From Anaerolineales bacterium (lineage in GTDB: Bacteria; Chloroflexota; Anaerolineae; Anaerolineales; Villigracilaceae): a stretch of DNA of 35,683 bases. The notes under the pieces are model-generated. The model searched no databases and was not told the origin of the DNA. It was given only the letters and a program-made list of their open reading frames with translations. The translations under genes and the position numbers were made by a program. This document shows, in pieces, positions 8,412 through 17,616 of this stretch. How positions within the stretch are numbered: position 1 is the stretch's first letter; each line of letters opens with the position of its first letter. The stretch spans positions 1 through 35,683 of the forward strand of contig JADGQD010000001.1 in assembly GCA_017882065.1 (NCBI GenBank), read 5' to 3'.

Positions 8412-10247
8412 TTATGGCGTGGAGGTGGGACGTGCCGTCGACGTCTTAGTGGGCGTGGGCGAACGATACCAGCGCGAAGTCCGGGTGGGGGTGCGGGTGG
8501 GCGGAATAACGATAGTTGGTGTGACCAGAACTTCGGGTGGATAAAGTTGCAGCATGGCGGTACGCCAGTCCAGGCCCTGGGGATAGACCAGTTCGTTGAA
8601 ACGGGCGCCGGCGTAATACGTCCGCCAGTTGGTCAGAGCGGGCAGGCGCTCCCATCCGTACTGGCCGGCCAGCGTGGTCAAGTCGAACCAGTAACCGCCG
8701 GGAACGGAATTCATTAACTGGCCACCGTTCTCATAGGCGGACGAACTGGTTTTGCGGGCGGAAAAATCCCAGGGCACTTGAGTAAGGGGCATTCCCTGGG
8801 AGCCATCCTGAGCGGCGGTATGCAAGTAGATTCGCCAATAGATCTGCTGGCCGAAATCTTCGCGGACGACAGCCATCCAATTAGCCTGGACTAACACCGG
8901 GTTGAGTGTGAAGGCCCGCCCGGTATAAAGCCAATCCTCGCCCAAGCCGGGATCGAGTGGTGTTGTAAGCGGAACAAAGGCGTTCTCCAGGTTGCCGAGG
9001 GCATCCCAGCCGGTTTGTGCCACGACCTGGCCGCGCAATGCCTGGAAGAAGTCGCCTGCCAGTTCATTCATTTGTGGATAGAAATCAGTGAAATTCGTCA
9101 GTGTAACCAGCGAGGTGCGTCCGGAGGGGATATTTGGCTGGGGAGTGGACCCCGCTACGAACGGAGCGGTCGGCGTGACCTGTGCTGCAGTCTGGAAGGG
9201 GCCTGGCAATGCTGCGCTTGTGGTACCATAGGAAAATCCATTCAGCGCACCGGGGAGCAGCATTGGCGGGATGCTGATCGCTCCAGCAATGGTATACCCG
9301 GTCAAAAAAGTCTGATTGGGGGCAGGCAGGCGGCTGGCAATGTTGTTATTGTCCTGCCAGACAGGCCAGTCACCGGATCCGGCCCAGCGCGCCGGGGCAT
9401 TGGGGTTGAGGGCGTCCCAGACATAGAGGCTGGTCAACCCTGAATCTGGATCAGTGGAAGCCCACGCCAGTTTGTTGCCGTCTGCAGACCAGGCAGGGTG
9501 CGCCTCGACAGTCTGGGGATTGTTACTGACATCAATGAAGTTCCCGGCATGATCGAGGTCTGCAATCCAAACTTCGGGTTCGCCTGAGCGGGTCGAGATA
9601 AAAGCGATCTGGCGACCAGGAAGGCGCGGCGACCAGGCGGGGGATGTGTCGGCAGCGGGGTTTTGAGTCAATGGAAGGAGAGCCTGCCCCGGGTCCGTAA
9701 TGGAGCGGAGAAAGATATCGATGTTGCCATTCACGTAGGATTCGAAGGCTATAAAAGCCCCATCCGGTGACCAGGAAGGCGCGCCGTCGTATTCAGGTGT
9801 AGCTGTCAGCCGGCGAATGCCTCCTCCGCCCAGGTCTAGGAGATAAAGGTCCCAGTAACCGTTTCGGCGCGACGAGAAAGCCAGCCAGTTCCCATCCGGG
9901 CTGAGAGCCGGGGTAATATCGTCCCAGGCATCTGCGGTGAGACGGGTCAGCGGCAGGGTCTGAGGCGAATATGCAAAAAGGTGGAAATAACCGCTTTCTT
10001 CCAGGGATAGGAAGAAAACACCCTTCGGAGGCGCAGAAGTGGTGACAATGGTCTCAGGGGTCGCAGTGATAACATAGGGCGTCTGGGTGGATACTTCGAT
10101 ATTGGGCTGAGGCTGCGTCGGGGTATTGGTGAGCACAAAGGTGCTGGTTGGCACAGGTGTGGGGGCGGGACCACAAGCTGGGACGAGCAGCAAAAGGCAA
10201 AAGGTAAAGAGTCGAAAAGCAGAAACAGGGCGAGGAATATGTGACAT
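8412..10247 (-). CDS. PD40/TolB-like beta-propeller lipoprotein with an uncharacterised C-terminal domain
   Basis: ATG 10247 gives the signal peptide MSHIPRPVSAFRLFTFCLLLLVPAC. PD40 repeats are SPDGNWLAFSS, SWSPDGAFIAF, AWSPRLPGRQIAF and AWSADGNKLAW. The C-terminal ~190 aa have no motif I recognise, followed by a Pro/Thr-rich tail. The longer ORF start at 10430 would overlap the upstream gene. Confidence 0.8.
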   Translation of the reverse strand: MSHIPRPVSAFRLFTFCLLLLVPACGPAPTPVPTSTFVLTNTPTQPQPNIEVSTQTPYVITATPETIVTTSAPPKGVFFLSLEESGYFHLFAYSPQTLPLTRLTADAWDDITPALSPDGNWLAFSSRRNGYWDLYLLDLGGGGIRRLTATPEYDGAPSWSPDGAFIAFESYVNGNIDIFLRSITDPGQALLPLTQNPAADTSPAWSPRLPGRQIAFISTRSGEPEVWIADLDHAGNFIDVSNNPQTVEAHPAWSADGNKLAWASTDPDSGLTSLYVWDALNPNAPARWAGSGDWPVWQDNNNIASRLPAPNQTFLTGYTIAGAISIPPMLLPGALNGFSYGTTSAALPGPFQTAAQVTPTAPFVAGSTPQPNIPSGRTSLVTLTNFTDFYPQMNELAGDFFQALRGQVVAQTGWDALGNLENAFVPLTTPLDPGLGEDWLYTGRAFTLNPVLVQANWMAVVREDFGQQIYWRIYLHTAAQDGSQGMPLTQVPWDFSARKTSSSAYENGGQLMNSVPGGYWFDLTTLAGQYGWERLPALTNWRTYYAGARFNELVYPQGLDWRTAMLQLYPPEVLVTPTIVIPPTRTPTRTSRWYRSPTPTKTSTARPTSTP

Positions 10248-10248
10248 T

Positions 10249-10608
10249 CTATACCTTGGGGGATGGGATTTCAACAGTAAGGTCGCGGCGGTCAATTTCG
10301 CCCAGGTCGGGGAAAGAGAGGAAAACCGTGAGCTTATAAATGTCGCCGGGGGTTGTGCCGGGCTTGAGAAGGTGAAGGGTAAGTTCGAGCCCCCAGGCGA
10401 CCGGCTCAACGATGCTGGTCTCGGCGACAACCTCTCCGGCTGAGTCGGTCAGGGTCAGTTCGAGATAAGGTTTTTGCTGGAAAGGGGTAAGGTCCAAAGT
10501 GACCCGCAGGCGTTTTCCATCGGGGTAAGGTTCAGCCCGCAGGTCGAGCAGGCGAGTATCGGCAGGCGGCAGTCGCTCGATGTCTGGGTCGGTGAGGAAG
10601 AATTCCAT
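10249..10608 (-). CDS. Hypothetical 119-aa protein, first gene of the propeller/M23 operon
   Basis: ATG 10608 ([15 protein letters not shown]...) is chosen because the longer ORF (to 10893) overlaps moaC on the other strand, and a TATAAT lies 6 nt upstream of 10608. The stop lies 1 nt before the next ATG. There is no signal peptide and no recognisable motif, and the composition looks beta-rich. Confidence 0.6.
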   Translation of the reverse strand: MEFFLTDPDIERLPPADTRLLDLRAEPYPDGKRLRVTLDLTPFQQKPYLELTLTDSAGEVVAETSIVEPVAWGLELTLHLLKPGTTPGDIYKLTVFLSFPDLGEIDRRDLTVEIPSPKV

Positions 10609-10614
10609 GCGACC

Positions 10615-10620
10615 ATTATA
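10615..10620 (-). promoter_or_regulatory. -10 box (TATAAT) 6 nt upstream of the ATG of the 119-aa protein; leaderless-type
   Basis: The minus strand reads tttggtTATAATggtcgcATGgaa. Confidence 0.5.
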
Positions 10621-10655
10621 ACCAAAAACCCGTTTTCTCACCGCTCCTCCTACGG

Positions 10656-10661
10656 TATAAT
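10656..10661 (+). promoter_or_regulatory. -10 box (TATAAT) 6 nt upstream of the moaC ATG; leaderless-type
   Basis: The plus strand reads cctacggTATAATctgaccATGact. Confidence 0.5.
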
Positions 10662-10667
10662 CTGACC

Positions 10668-11147
10668 ATGACTCCGAAACTGACTCATCTTGATGACTCC
10701 GGCCGCGCCCACATGGTGGACGTGGGAGACAAGCCCGATACCGAGCGTCTCGCAATTGCGAGCGGCGAAGTGGTGATGAAACAGGCAACGCTGGATCTGA
10801 TCCGTGGCGGGACGATAAAGAAAGGAGACGTGTTGACCGTAGCGCAAATTGCCGGCATCGCCGCCGCCAAGCGGACCTCGGAGCTGATTCCATTATGTCA
10901 TCCTTTGCCCATCACCCACATTGACGTGGCTCTCTCTCTCGATGACACCCTTCCTGGCGTGCTCATCACGGCTTCGGTCAAAACGACCGGCAAAACCGGT
11001 GTCGAGATGGAAGCGCTGACGGCGGTTTCTGTGGCGGCGCTGACGGTCTACGATATGGCCAAGGCCGCCGAAAAGTCGATGAAGATCCAGAACATCCGGC
11101 TGGTGAAGAAACATGGTGGCCGGTCCGGAGATATTGTAATCAAGTAG
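10668..11147 (+). CDS. moaC: Cyclic pyranopterin monophosphate synthase MoaC
   Basis: [32 protein letters not shown] and [23 protein letters not shown] are hallmark MoaC segments. Length is ~159 aa. Confidence 0.93.
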   Translation: MTPKLTHLDDSGRAHMVDVGDKPDTERLAIASGEVVMKQATLDLIRGGTIKKGDVLTVAQIAGIAAAKRTSELIPLCHPLPITHIDVALSLDDTLPGVLITASVKTTGKTGVEMEALTAVSVAALTVYDMAKAAEKSMKIQNIRLVKKHGGRSGDIVIK

Positions 11148-11194
11148 GGACGGACCTTTGGCTCCACTCATGTTATCAGAATTTGGAGCATGGA

Positions 11195-11443
11195 ATGCAC
11201 AAAGTTAAAGTCTTGTTCTTTGCCACCCTGCGCGATTATGTTGGTGCAAAATCGGTGGAGCTCGAAATCCCTTTTGGAATAACTGTCGAAGGGCTAATGG
11301 ATTTGCTTGTGGCAACCTACCCTCGCTTGGAAAAAGTCAAAGACTCTATGATGGCCGCCATTAACCGCGAATACGCCGCCGACGAGCAAGTCATCCCCCA
11401 AGGGGCTGAAATCGCCTTATTCCCTCCCGTTTCTGGCGGATAG
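11195..11443 (+). CDS. moaD: Molybdopterin synthase sulfur-carrier subunit MoaD (ThiS/MoaD beta-grasp)
   Basis: The 82-aa product starts MHKVKVLFFATLRD and ends ...LFPPVSGG, with the C-terminal Gly-Gly. The SD GGAG lies 6 nt upstream of ATG 11195. Confidence 0.85.
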   Translation: MHKVKVLFFATLRDYVGAKSVELEIPFGITVEGLMDLLVATYPRLEKVKDSMMAAINREYAADEQVIPQGAEIALFPPVSGG

Positions 11444-11451
11444 GATTTGGC

Positions 11452-11910
11452 ATGGACTTCCCAACCATCATCTCACTCACCGAGTCCGAACTCGACCTGA
11501 ACGCCCTGCTCGCCCAGATCACACTACCAACGACGGGCGCATCGGCTTTTTTTACGGGCATGGTGCGGGGACAAACCTCCCGTGCCGACGCCCACGAAAC
11601 GGTTTATCTTGACTATGAAGCCTACCAGCCGATGGCGGAAACCAAGATGCGCCAGGTGGCCGAGGAGATTCGCAAGAAATGGCCGACCATCGAAGGCATT
11701 GTAATCGTCCAGCGCATTGGGCGCCTGTGTCCCGGCACGCCTACCACGTTGATTGCCTGCACTTCTGCCCACCGCAATACCGGCGTCTTCGAGGCCGCGC
11801 GTTACGGCATTGACCGGCTCAAAGAGATTGTCCCGGTTTGGAAGAAGGAAATCGGGCCGCAGGGCGAAGAGTGGGTCGAAGGCCATTACCACCCGAAGCC
11901 CGGAGAATGA
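11452..11910 (+). CDS. moaE: Molybdopterin synthase catalytic subunit MoaE
   Basis: The MoaE pattern FFTGMVRG...LDYEAY..MAE...I.......IVIVQRIG.L..G......C.SAHR...FEAARYGIDRLKEIVPVWKKE is present. Confidence 0.9.
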   Translation: MDFPTIISLTESELDLNALLAQITLPTTGASAFFTGMVRGQTSRADAHETVYLDYEAYQPMAETKMRQVAEEIRKKWPTIEGIVIVQRIGRLCPGTPTTLIACTSAHRNTGVFEAARYGIDRLKEIVPVWKKEIGPQGEEWVEGHYHPKPGE

Positions 11911-13004
11911 TGGAAATTTCCTGTACCAATTGCGGATGTGCTTACCCGTCAGACGGTTTTCCTTATCGCTGTCTGGCCTGCGGTGGTCTGTTCGATTTTC
12001 GCATTCCGCAGCCCTTCGACCCGTCGCAAGTTGACTTGTCTCAACCCGGCATCTGGCGTTACCGTTACACCTTTGGTCTCTCCCCAGACTCCGAGCCCGT
12101 TTCTCTCGGCGAAGGCAGCACACCATTACTGTGGGCGGAAGTTTTTGAACGCAAGGTCGCCTTCAAATGCGAGTTTCTCAACCCGAGTGGCTCCTTCAAA
12201 GATCGCGGTTCGGCCGTCATCACAGCCTGGCTCAAATCACGCGGTATATACGAAGCGGTGGAGGACTCGTCCGGTAATGCCGGGGCCTCGTTTGCGGCCT
12301 ATGCAGCCCGGGCGGGTATCAAAGCCAGAGTTTTCGTCCCAGAATCCGCCTCAGGCCCTAAACGCAGGCAGATTGAGGCCTACGGTGCGGAACTTGTCCA
12401 GGTCCCCGGTTCGCGCACAGATGTGGCTGAGGCTGCCAGGACAGTAGCAGATGGGGGTAACGTGTATGCCAGCCATGCATATCTACCTTTCAACCTTCCC
12501 GGTTATGCAACCGCCGCTTACGAGATTTTTGAACAGTTGGGTAACAAAATGCCAGGGGCAATCGTCCTCCCGGCAGGGCAGGGCGGACTTTTGCTCGGTC
12601 TGGTGCGCGGATTTGATGCCGTGCGCATAGCCGTTAATCCAATTATAAATACTCCGAAAATCATCGGGGTACAAGCACGCGCGTGCGCACCGTTGTGGGT
12701 GATGTTTACAACAGGAAACGCGGATGCTGGATTGGTTGTTGAGAATCACACACTGGCGGAGGGGGTGAAGGTGCGCTATCCGCTGCGGGTGGATGCAGTA
12801 ATACGAGCGGTGGAAGCGAGCCACGGGTCCATGTGCGTTGTGGACGAGGACGAAATTTTACCGGGTCGCGATAGACTTGCCCGTCTTGGTTTTTACGTTG
12901 AGCCGACATCTGCTATCGTCTGGTCCGCGTTGATACAAACGATCAGGGATTTACCCGATCCAGTGGTCGTTGTTCTAACCGGTTCCGGTTACAAGTACGA
13001 GTAA
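11907..13004 (+). CDS. thrC: Threonine-synthase-family PLP enzyme (short ThrC type with an N-terminal zinc ribbon)
   Basis: An N-terminal CTNCG...CLACGG ribbon is present. The PLP lysine motif is [12 protein letters not shown], followed by SSGNAGAS and a fold-type II layout. ATG 11907 overlaps the moaE stop (ATGA at 11907-11910). Confidence 0.75.
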   Translation: MMEISCTNCGCAYPSDGFPYRCLACGGLFDFRIPQPFDPSQVDLSQPGIWRYRYTFGLSPDSEPVSLGEGSTPLLWAEVFERKVAFKCEFLNPSGSFKDRGSAVITAWLKSRGIYEAVEDSSGNAGASFAAYAARAGIKARVFVPESASGPKRRQIEAYGAELVQVPGSRTDVAEAARTVADGGNVYASHAYLPFNLPGYATAAYEIFEQLGNKMPGAIVLPAGQGGLLLGLVRGFDAVRIAVNPIINTPKIIGVQARACAPLWVMFTTGNADAGLVVENHTLAEGVKVRYPLRVDAVIRAVEASHGSMCVVDEDEILPGRDRLARLGFYVEPTSAIVWSALIQTIRDLPDPVVVVLTGSGYKYE

Positions 13005-13026
13005 AATAGACCAAAGGTATTACAAC

Positions 13027-13989
13027 ATGGCAGATATCCAATCTTTTGGAAAAAAATTGATCAGCAACCTTGAGAAAGTCATTGTCGGTAAACGGCAGCC
13101 GATTGAGTTGATTGTCATCGGCCTGCTCTGTCAGGGACATGTGCTTATCGAAGATGTGCCGGGTGTTGGGAAGACGGTATTGGCGCGCAGCCTGGCGAAA
13201 TCGATGGGGTGCTCGTTCAAACGTTTGCAGTTCACCCCTGATATGCTTCCCAGCGATGTGACTGGCGTTTCTATTTATAACCAGTCAAAGCGGGTATTTG
13301 AATTCCGTCCCGGTCCGATCTTTGCCCAGGTGGTACTGGTGGATGAAATCAACCGTGCCACGCCCAAGACCCAGGCTGCGCTGCTCGAAGCGATGGAAGA
13401 GCGTCAGGTAACAGTGGATGGCAAGACGCACCCTTTACCCAGTCCATCCATAGTTCTGGCGACACAGAACCCTATTGAATATGAAGGGACGTTTCCCCTC
13501 CCTGAAGCGCAACTTGACAGGTTTCTGCTGCGTGTACGATTGGGCTATCCCAGCTCGACAGACGAAATCGAGATTCTCAACCGCCAACAGTTGCGACACC
13601 CCATCGATACGCTGAAATCCGTTATAAAAGTTAATGAACTTAAGGAAGCGATGGAAGAGATTAAAAAAGTTTATGTTTCCGATGCGATTAAACGCTATGT
13701 GGTGCAACTGACCAACCGCACACGTCAGAATGCAGATGTGTACCTCGGTGCAAGCCCACGCGGAAGCCTGGCGCTCTTCCGTACCGGCCAGGTTGCGGCA
13801 GCGCTGGCCGGGCGCGATTACGTTTTGCCGGATGATATTAAGCGTCTGGCGGTGCCCGTGCTGGCACACCGCGTAATTGTCGGTCCGGCGGCTCGTTTGC
13901 GGGAATTAAGCGCTGAGAAGATTGTGCAGGAAATTCTAGATAATTCTCCGGTGCCTGGTGGAGATTTCGAGGCCACCTCCCGGAAATGA
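13027..13989 (+). CDS. MoxR-family AAA+ ATPase
   Basis: Walker [10 protein letters not shown] and Walker [25 protein letters not shown] are present, with the typical MoxR (AAA_3) C-terminal region ASPRGS. Length is 320 aa. Confidence 0.9.
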   Translation: MADIQSFGKKLISNLEKVIVGKRQPIELIVIGLLCQGHVLIEDVPGVGKTVLARSLAKSMGCSFKRLQFTPDMLPSDVTGVSIYNQSKRVFEFRPGPIFAQVVLVDEINRATPKTQAALLEAMEERQVTVDGKTHPLPSPSIVLATQNPIEYEGTFPLPEAQLDRFLLRVRLGYPSSTDEIEILNRQQLRHPIDTLKSVIKVNELKEAMEEIKKVYVSDAIKRYVVQLTNRTRQNADVYLGASPRGSLALFRTGQVAAALAGRDYVLPDDIKRLAVPVLAHRVIVGPAARLRELSAEKIVQEILDNSPVPGGDFEATSRK

Positions 13990-15302
13990 AACCGACCCTT
14001 ACCTTGCGCTGGCTGCTTGCCGGAATTATCCTCTTCGGCTTGGCGGGTTGGGCTGTAACCGGTCTGCAGCTCTACGCGCGTATGGCGTACCTGGGTCTAC
14101 TGCTGGTCGTTGGGGCGGGGATCTGGGCAGTTATTTCGATGCGCGGAATCCGCCTGAACCGTCAGGCGCGCATCTTGCGGGCCAGCATGGGTGAAGTTTT
14201 CGAAGAACATTTCGAGATCAGGAATGCTGCCTGGACGACTTGTCTCTGGTTGGAAATCATTAACCGGTCCAATTTACCAATGGCTGCCGGTTCCCGTCTG
14301 CTGACGGGTATCGGTCCTCACCAGCGCCGTTTCTATAACGCCCGGACTTTGCTTTACCGGCGCGGTGCTTTCTTGCTTGGTCCAACCAGCATGGCTTCCG
14401 GGGACCCGTTTGGCCTGTTCACTATTCGCAAGCAGATCCTGGCGAAAGATATGCTGGTGGTCCTACCGATGACGGTCCCGATCTCTTATTTTCCACCGCC
14501 CCCCGGACTCTTGCCGGGTGGAAAAACCGTCCGCCAGCGGGCAACCGACGTGACACCCCACGCTGCCGGGGTACGCGAATACGTACCGGGCGACCCGATG
14601 AAACGTATCCACTGGCCGAGCACAGCCCACCGGGGACGGTTTATGGTCAAGGAATTCGAGCAGGACCCTCAGGCGGACATCTGGTTGTTTTTGGATGCCC
14701 AGCAGGAGGTCCAGGCTTCGTCGCCAGAGCAAGCGGTTGTTTTCAGAGAGGACGGCTGGTGGCTGCGCCGTCCAAACGTGGTGCTGCCTCGCGATTCGTT
14801 TGAGTATGTCATCAGTGTGGCAGCCTCGCTGGCAAGTTATTTCCTCATGGAACGTAGGGCGGTTGGTCTGGCATGTGCGGCAGGGAAGTCTACTGTTGTC
14901 TCTGCAGAACGCGGCGAACGCCAGGTCACTAAGATCATGGAGACGCTGGCTTTCCTCCAGCCGGATGGGACGTTGCCTTTGCTTGGTCTGGTCACGATGC
15001 GGGCCAAATTGCTGCCCATTGGGACAGGTGTCATCCTGATTACGCCCTCGACGCAACCTGAGTTATTGCTGGCGGTGGAGGATTTGCAGCGCCGAAACCT
15101 GCGTCCGGTAGTGGTGCTGGTTAAGGCTGACACTTTTGGCGGGGCAGGAGAATACGAATCCATTGTTGCCGTTTTGTTGCGCCGCAACGTTCCGGTTTGT
15201 CCGGTCGGTTTTGGCGACGATTTGTCGGTCCAGTTGGCACTTCCGGTGGTTTACTTCCAGCGTCCGTATTTACCGAAATCCTACTTTAGCGTTAGGGCGT
15301 GA
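13986..15302 (+). CDS. DUF58 domain membrane protein (MoxR partner)
   Basis: Two N-terminal TM helices are present. The DUF58 signature is [33 protein letters not shown]. The start overlaps the MoxR stop (ATGA). Confidence 0.85.
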   Translation: MKPTLTLRWLLAGIILFGLAGWAVTGLQLYARMAYLGLLLVVGAGIWAVISMRGIRLNRQARILRASMGEVFEEHFEIRNAAWTTCLWLEIINRSNLPMAAGSRLLTGIGPHQRRFYNARTLLYRRGAFLLGPTSMASGDPFGLFTIRKQILAKDMLVVLPMTVPISYFPPPPGLLPGGKTVRQRATDVTPHAAGVREYVPGDPMKRIHWPSTAHRGRFMVKEFEQDPQADIWLFLDAQQEVQASSPEQAVVFREDGWWLRRPNVVLPRDSFEYVISVAASLASYFLMERRAVGLACAAGKSTVVSAERGERQVTKIMETLAFLQPDGTLPLLGLVTMRAKLLPIGTGVILITPSTQPELLLAVEDLQRRNLRPVVVLVKADTFGGAGEYESIVAVLLRRNVPVCPVGFGDDLSVQLALPVVYFQRPYLPKSYFSVRA

Positions 15303-15349
15303 CTGTTTTATGGATAAGTGATGAATTTCACGATATTACCGTCCACATT

Positions 15350-15385
15350 GCACTTGACGTTCTTGTCAACGCACTTGATACTTGA
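15350..15385 (+). promoter_or_regulatory. argF upstream element: GCACTTGA direct repeats 21 bp apart, TTGAC-N6-GTCAA inverted repeat and a putative promoter
   Basis: GCACTTGA occurs at 15350-15357 and 15371-15378, with ACTTGA again at 15380-15385. The inverted repeat is TTGAC (15354-58) and GTCAA (15365-69). A possible promoter is -35 TTGACG (15354-59), a 17-nt spacer and -10 GATACT (15377-82). Confidence 0.35.
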
Positions 15386-15408
15386 ATGGATAGGAAGAGA
15401 AGTTGAAT

Positions 15409-16332
15409 ATGAAACATTTTCTCGACATTTTCGACCACTCGCCGGAAGAATTGCAGGACCTCCTTGACTTGGCGATCCGTTTGAAGAAAGAACATTTTGC
15501 AACAGGCAACCCGCCTCTTTTCAAAGGCAAGGTGCTGGGGATGATTTTCCAGAAGCCCAGCCTGCGGACGCGCGTCTCGTTCGACATGGCGATGCGTCAC
15601 ATGGGCGGCGATGCGTTGTATCTCTCGCCGAACGAAATCGGCCTCGGCAAGCGCGAGTCAATCGCGGATGTGTCGCGCGTGCTTTCAGGCTATGTCCAGG
15701 CCGTGATGGCGCGTGTCTTCGAGCACGCTCACTTGCTGGAACTGGCCAGGTGGTCTTCGGTGCCGATCATCAACGGTTTGAGCGATTACAGCCATCCATG
15801 CCAGGCGATGGCCGATGCCCTGACCATTGAAGAGAAATTTGGCAAAGTGAAAGGTCTGAATGTGGTCTTCGTCGGCGACGGGAATAACGTAGCCGTCTCA
15901 CTGATGCAGATTTCGGTCAAACTAGGTTGGAACTTTACGATTGCCAACCCCGAAGGCTACGATATGCCGGCCGGGAGTATCGAACAGGCCAAAAAGGTCG
16001 CGGCAGGTACCGGGTCCAAACTTGCTTTTCTGCGCGATCCGCATAAGGCGGTTAAAAACGCCCAGGCCATTTACACCGATACCTGGACAAGTATGGGCCA
16101 GGAAGAAGAAACTACCAAACGTGAAGCTGTCTTCCCGCCTTACCAGGTCAACGCGAAACTCGTCAGCGAAGCAGACAAGGAGGTTATCGTAATGCACTGC
16201 CTGCCGGCCCACCGCAACCACGAGTTGACCGACGAGGTGGCCGACGGCCCGCACTCGGTCATCTTCCCACAGGCGCACAACCGTCTGCATGCCCAGAAGG
16301 CGGTTCTGGCACGTTTATTCGGTGTTGCGTAG
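15409..16332 (+). CDS. argF: Ornithine carbamoyltransferase
   Basis: The carbamoyl-phosphate motif FQKPSLRTRVSF, the ornithine-binding SMG loop YTDTWTSMGQE and HCLPAHR are present. ATG 15409 (MKHFLDIFDHSPEEL) is preferred over TTG 15403. Confidence 0.9.
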   Translation: MKHFLDIFDHSPEELQDLLDLAIRLKKEHFATGNPPLFKGKVLGMIFQKPSLRTRVSFDMAMRHMGGDALYLSPNEIGLGKRESIADVSRVLSGYVQAVMARVFEHAHLLELARWSSVPIINGLSDYSHPCQAMADALTIEEKFGKVKGLNVVFVGDGNNVAVSLMQISVKLGWNFTIANPEGYDMPAGSIEQAKKVAAGTGSKLAFLRDPHKAVKNAQAIYTDTWTSMGQEEETTKREAVFPPYQVNAKLVSEADKEVIVMHCLPAHRNHELTDEVADGPHSVIFPQAHNRLHAQKAVLARLFGVA

Positions 16333-16370
16333 GTACGACTTAAGTCGTTACTACTTGCGTTTGGTGAAAA

Positions 16371-17573
16371 ATGAAAACACAAGAGTACATTGCTCTCGAA
16401 GAACAATACGGAGCCCATAACTATCATCCGCTGGACGTGGTCATCACGCGCGGTGAAGGGGTATGGGTTTACGATGTGGACGGCCGGAAATACCTGGACT
16501 GCCTGTCGGCCTACTCAGCAGTTAACCAGGGACACATTCACCCGAAAATCCTGGCTGCACTGGTCGAACAGGCCGGGAAAATCACCCTGACCTCGCGGGC
16601 CTTCCGCAACGATCAGTTACCTCTCTTTTACAAAGAACTCTCCGAGTTGACCGGCTATGAGATGTCCCTGCCGATGAACTCCGGGGCGGAGGCTGTGGAG
16701 ACGGCACTCAAGATTGCCCGCAAGTGGGCGTACCAGGTCAAGAAAGTTCCGCGCCATCAGGCGGAAATCATCACCTGCACCGGTAATTTCCACGGGCGCA
16801 CCATCACCACCATTTCCTTCTCCACCGAGCCGCTCTACCGTGACGATTTCGGCCCCTTTACGCCGGGGTTTGTCACCGTGCCTTATGGCGACGCGAACGC
16901 CATCGCCAAGGCCATCACGCCCAATACGGCTGCTGTCTTCCTCGAGCCCATCCAGGGCGAGGGCGGGGTCATTATCCCGCCAAAAGGCTATCTCAAGAAG
17001 GTCGCTGAAATATGCAAGAAGGACAATGTATTGTTCATCGCGGACGAAATCCAGACAGGTCTGGGTCGAACTGGGAAACTGTTTGCCGCACAGCACGAGG
17101 ATGTGCGCCCGGATGTGACCGTTATCGGTAAAGCCCTGGCAGGTGGCTTTTACCCGGTCTCTGCTGTGTTAGCCGACAAGGAAGTGTTAGGGCTGTTTAC
17201 TCCTGGCGAGCACGGTTCGACCTTCGGCGGTAATCCGCTGGCGGCAGCCATCGCGCGTGCGGCTTTGAAAGTCATTGTAGAAGAGAATCTTATACTGCGC
17301 TCGGCGGAATTGGGCGAGTATTTCATCGAGCAGTTGAGCGAGATTCCCAGTCCACACGTTAAAGAAGTGCGCGGCAAGGGTCTGCTTATCGGCGTTGAGC
17401 TGAACGAAAAGGCTGGCGGCGCACGACGTTTTTGCGAAGCTTTGCAAAATAAGAGTATCCTTGCCAAGGAGACGCACGAACGCGTCATTCGATTTGCCCC
17501 ACCGTTGGTGATTGACAAAGAAACCATTGATTGGGCGCTGCCCTTAATCCGTGACGTTTTGAACATGGAGTAG
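16371..17573 (+). CDS. rocD: Ornithine--oxo-acid aminotransferase
   Basis: The product is near-collinear with ornithine aminotransferases. Matching segments are [49 protein letters not shown]...[27 protein letters not shown] and IRFAPPLVI. Confidence 0.88.
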   Translation: MKTQEYIALEEQYGAHNYHPLDVVITRGEGVWVYDVDGRKYLDCLSAYSAVNQGHIHPKILAALVEQAGKITLTSRAFRNDQLPLFYKELSELTGYEMSLPMNSGAEAVETALKIARKWAYQVKKVPRHQAEIITCTGNFHGRTITTISFSTEPLYRDDFGPFTPGFVTVPYGDANAIAKAITPNTAAVFLEPIQGEGGVIIPPKGYLKKVAEICKKDNVLFIADEIQTGLGRTGKLFAAQHEDVRPDVTVIGKALAGGFYPVSAVLADKEVLGLFTPGEHGSTFGGNPLAAAIARAALKVIVEENLILRSAELGEYFIEQLSEIPSPHVKEVRGKGLLIGVELNEKAGGARRFCEALQNKSILAKETHERVIRFAPPLVIDKETIDWALPLIRDVLNME

Positions 17574-17616
17574 ATCGGTTTACCTGCCGGATATCCAACT
17601 ACCATTGGAGGATGAG

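Noticed and set aside
10609-10667. Moco riboswitch upstream of moaC.
   Set aside because: The whole intergenic region is 59 bp and is occupied by two -10 boxes. A Moco RNA motif needs well over 100 nt, and none of its conserved stems is visible.
10609-10893. N-terminal 95-codon extension of ORF 10249-10893, and similarly the extension of ORF 8412-10430 beyond 10247.
   Set aside because: The extensions overlap moaC (other strand) or the upstream gene and are Arg/Ser/Pro-rich. Internal ATGs with a TATAAT-N6 promoter (10608) or a proper lipoprotein signal peptide (10247) give sensible proteins.
15318-15407. ArgR/AhrC ARG boxes upstream of argF (three TGAAT pentamers and GTGA-N6-TCAC).
   Set aside because: No 18-bp TGAAT-N4-ATTCA palindrome can be assembled from them. 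Isolated pentamers in AT-rich DNA are expected by chance.
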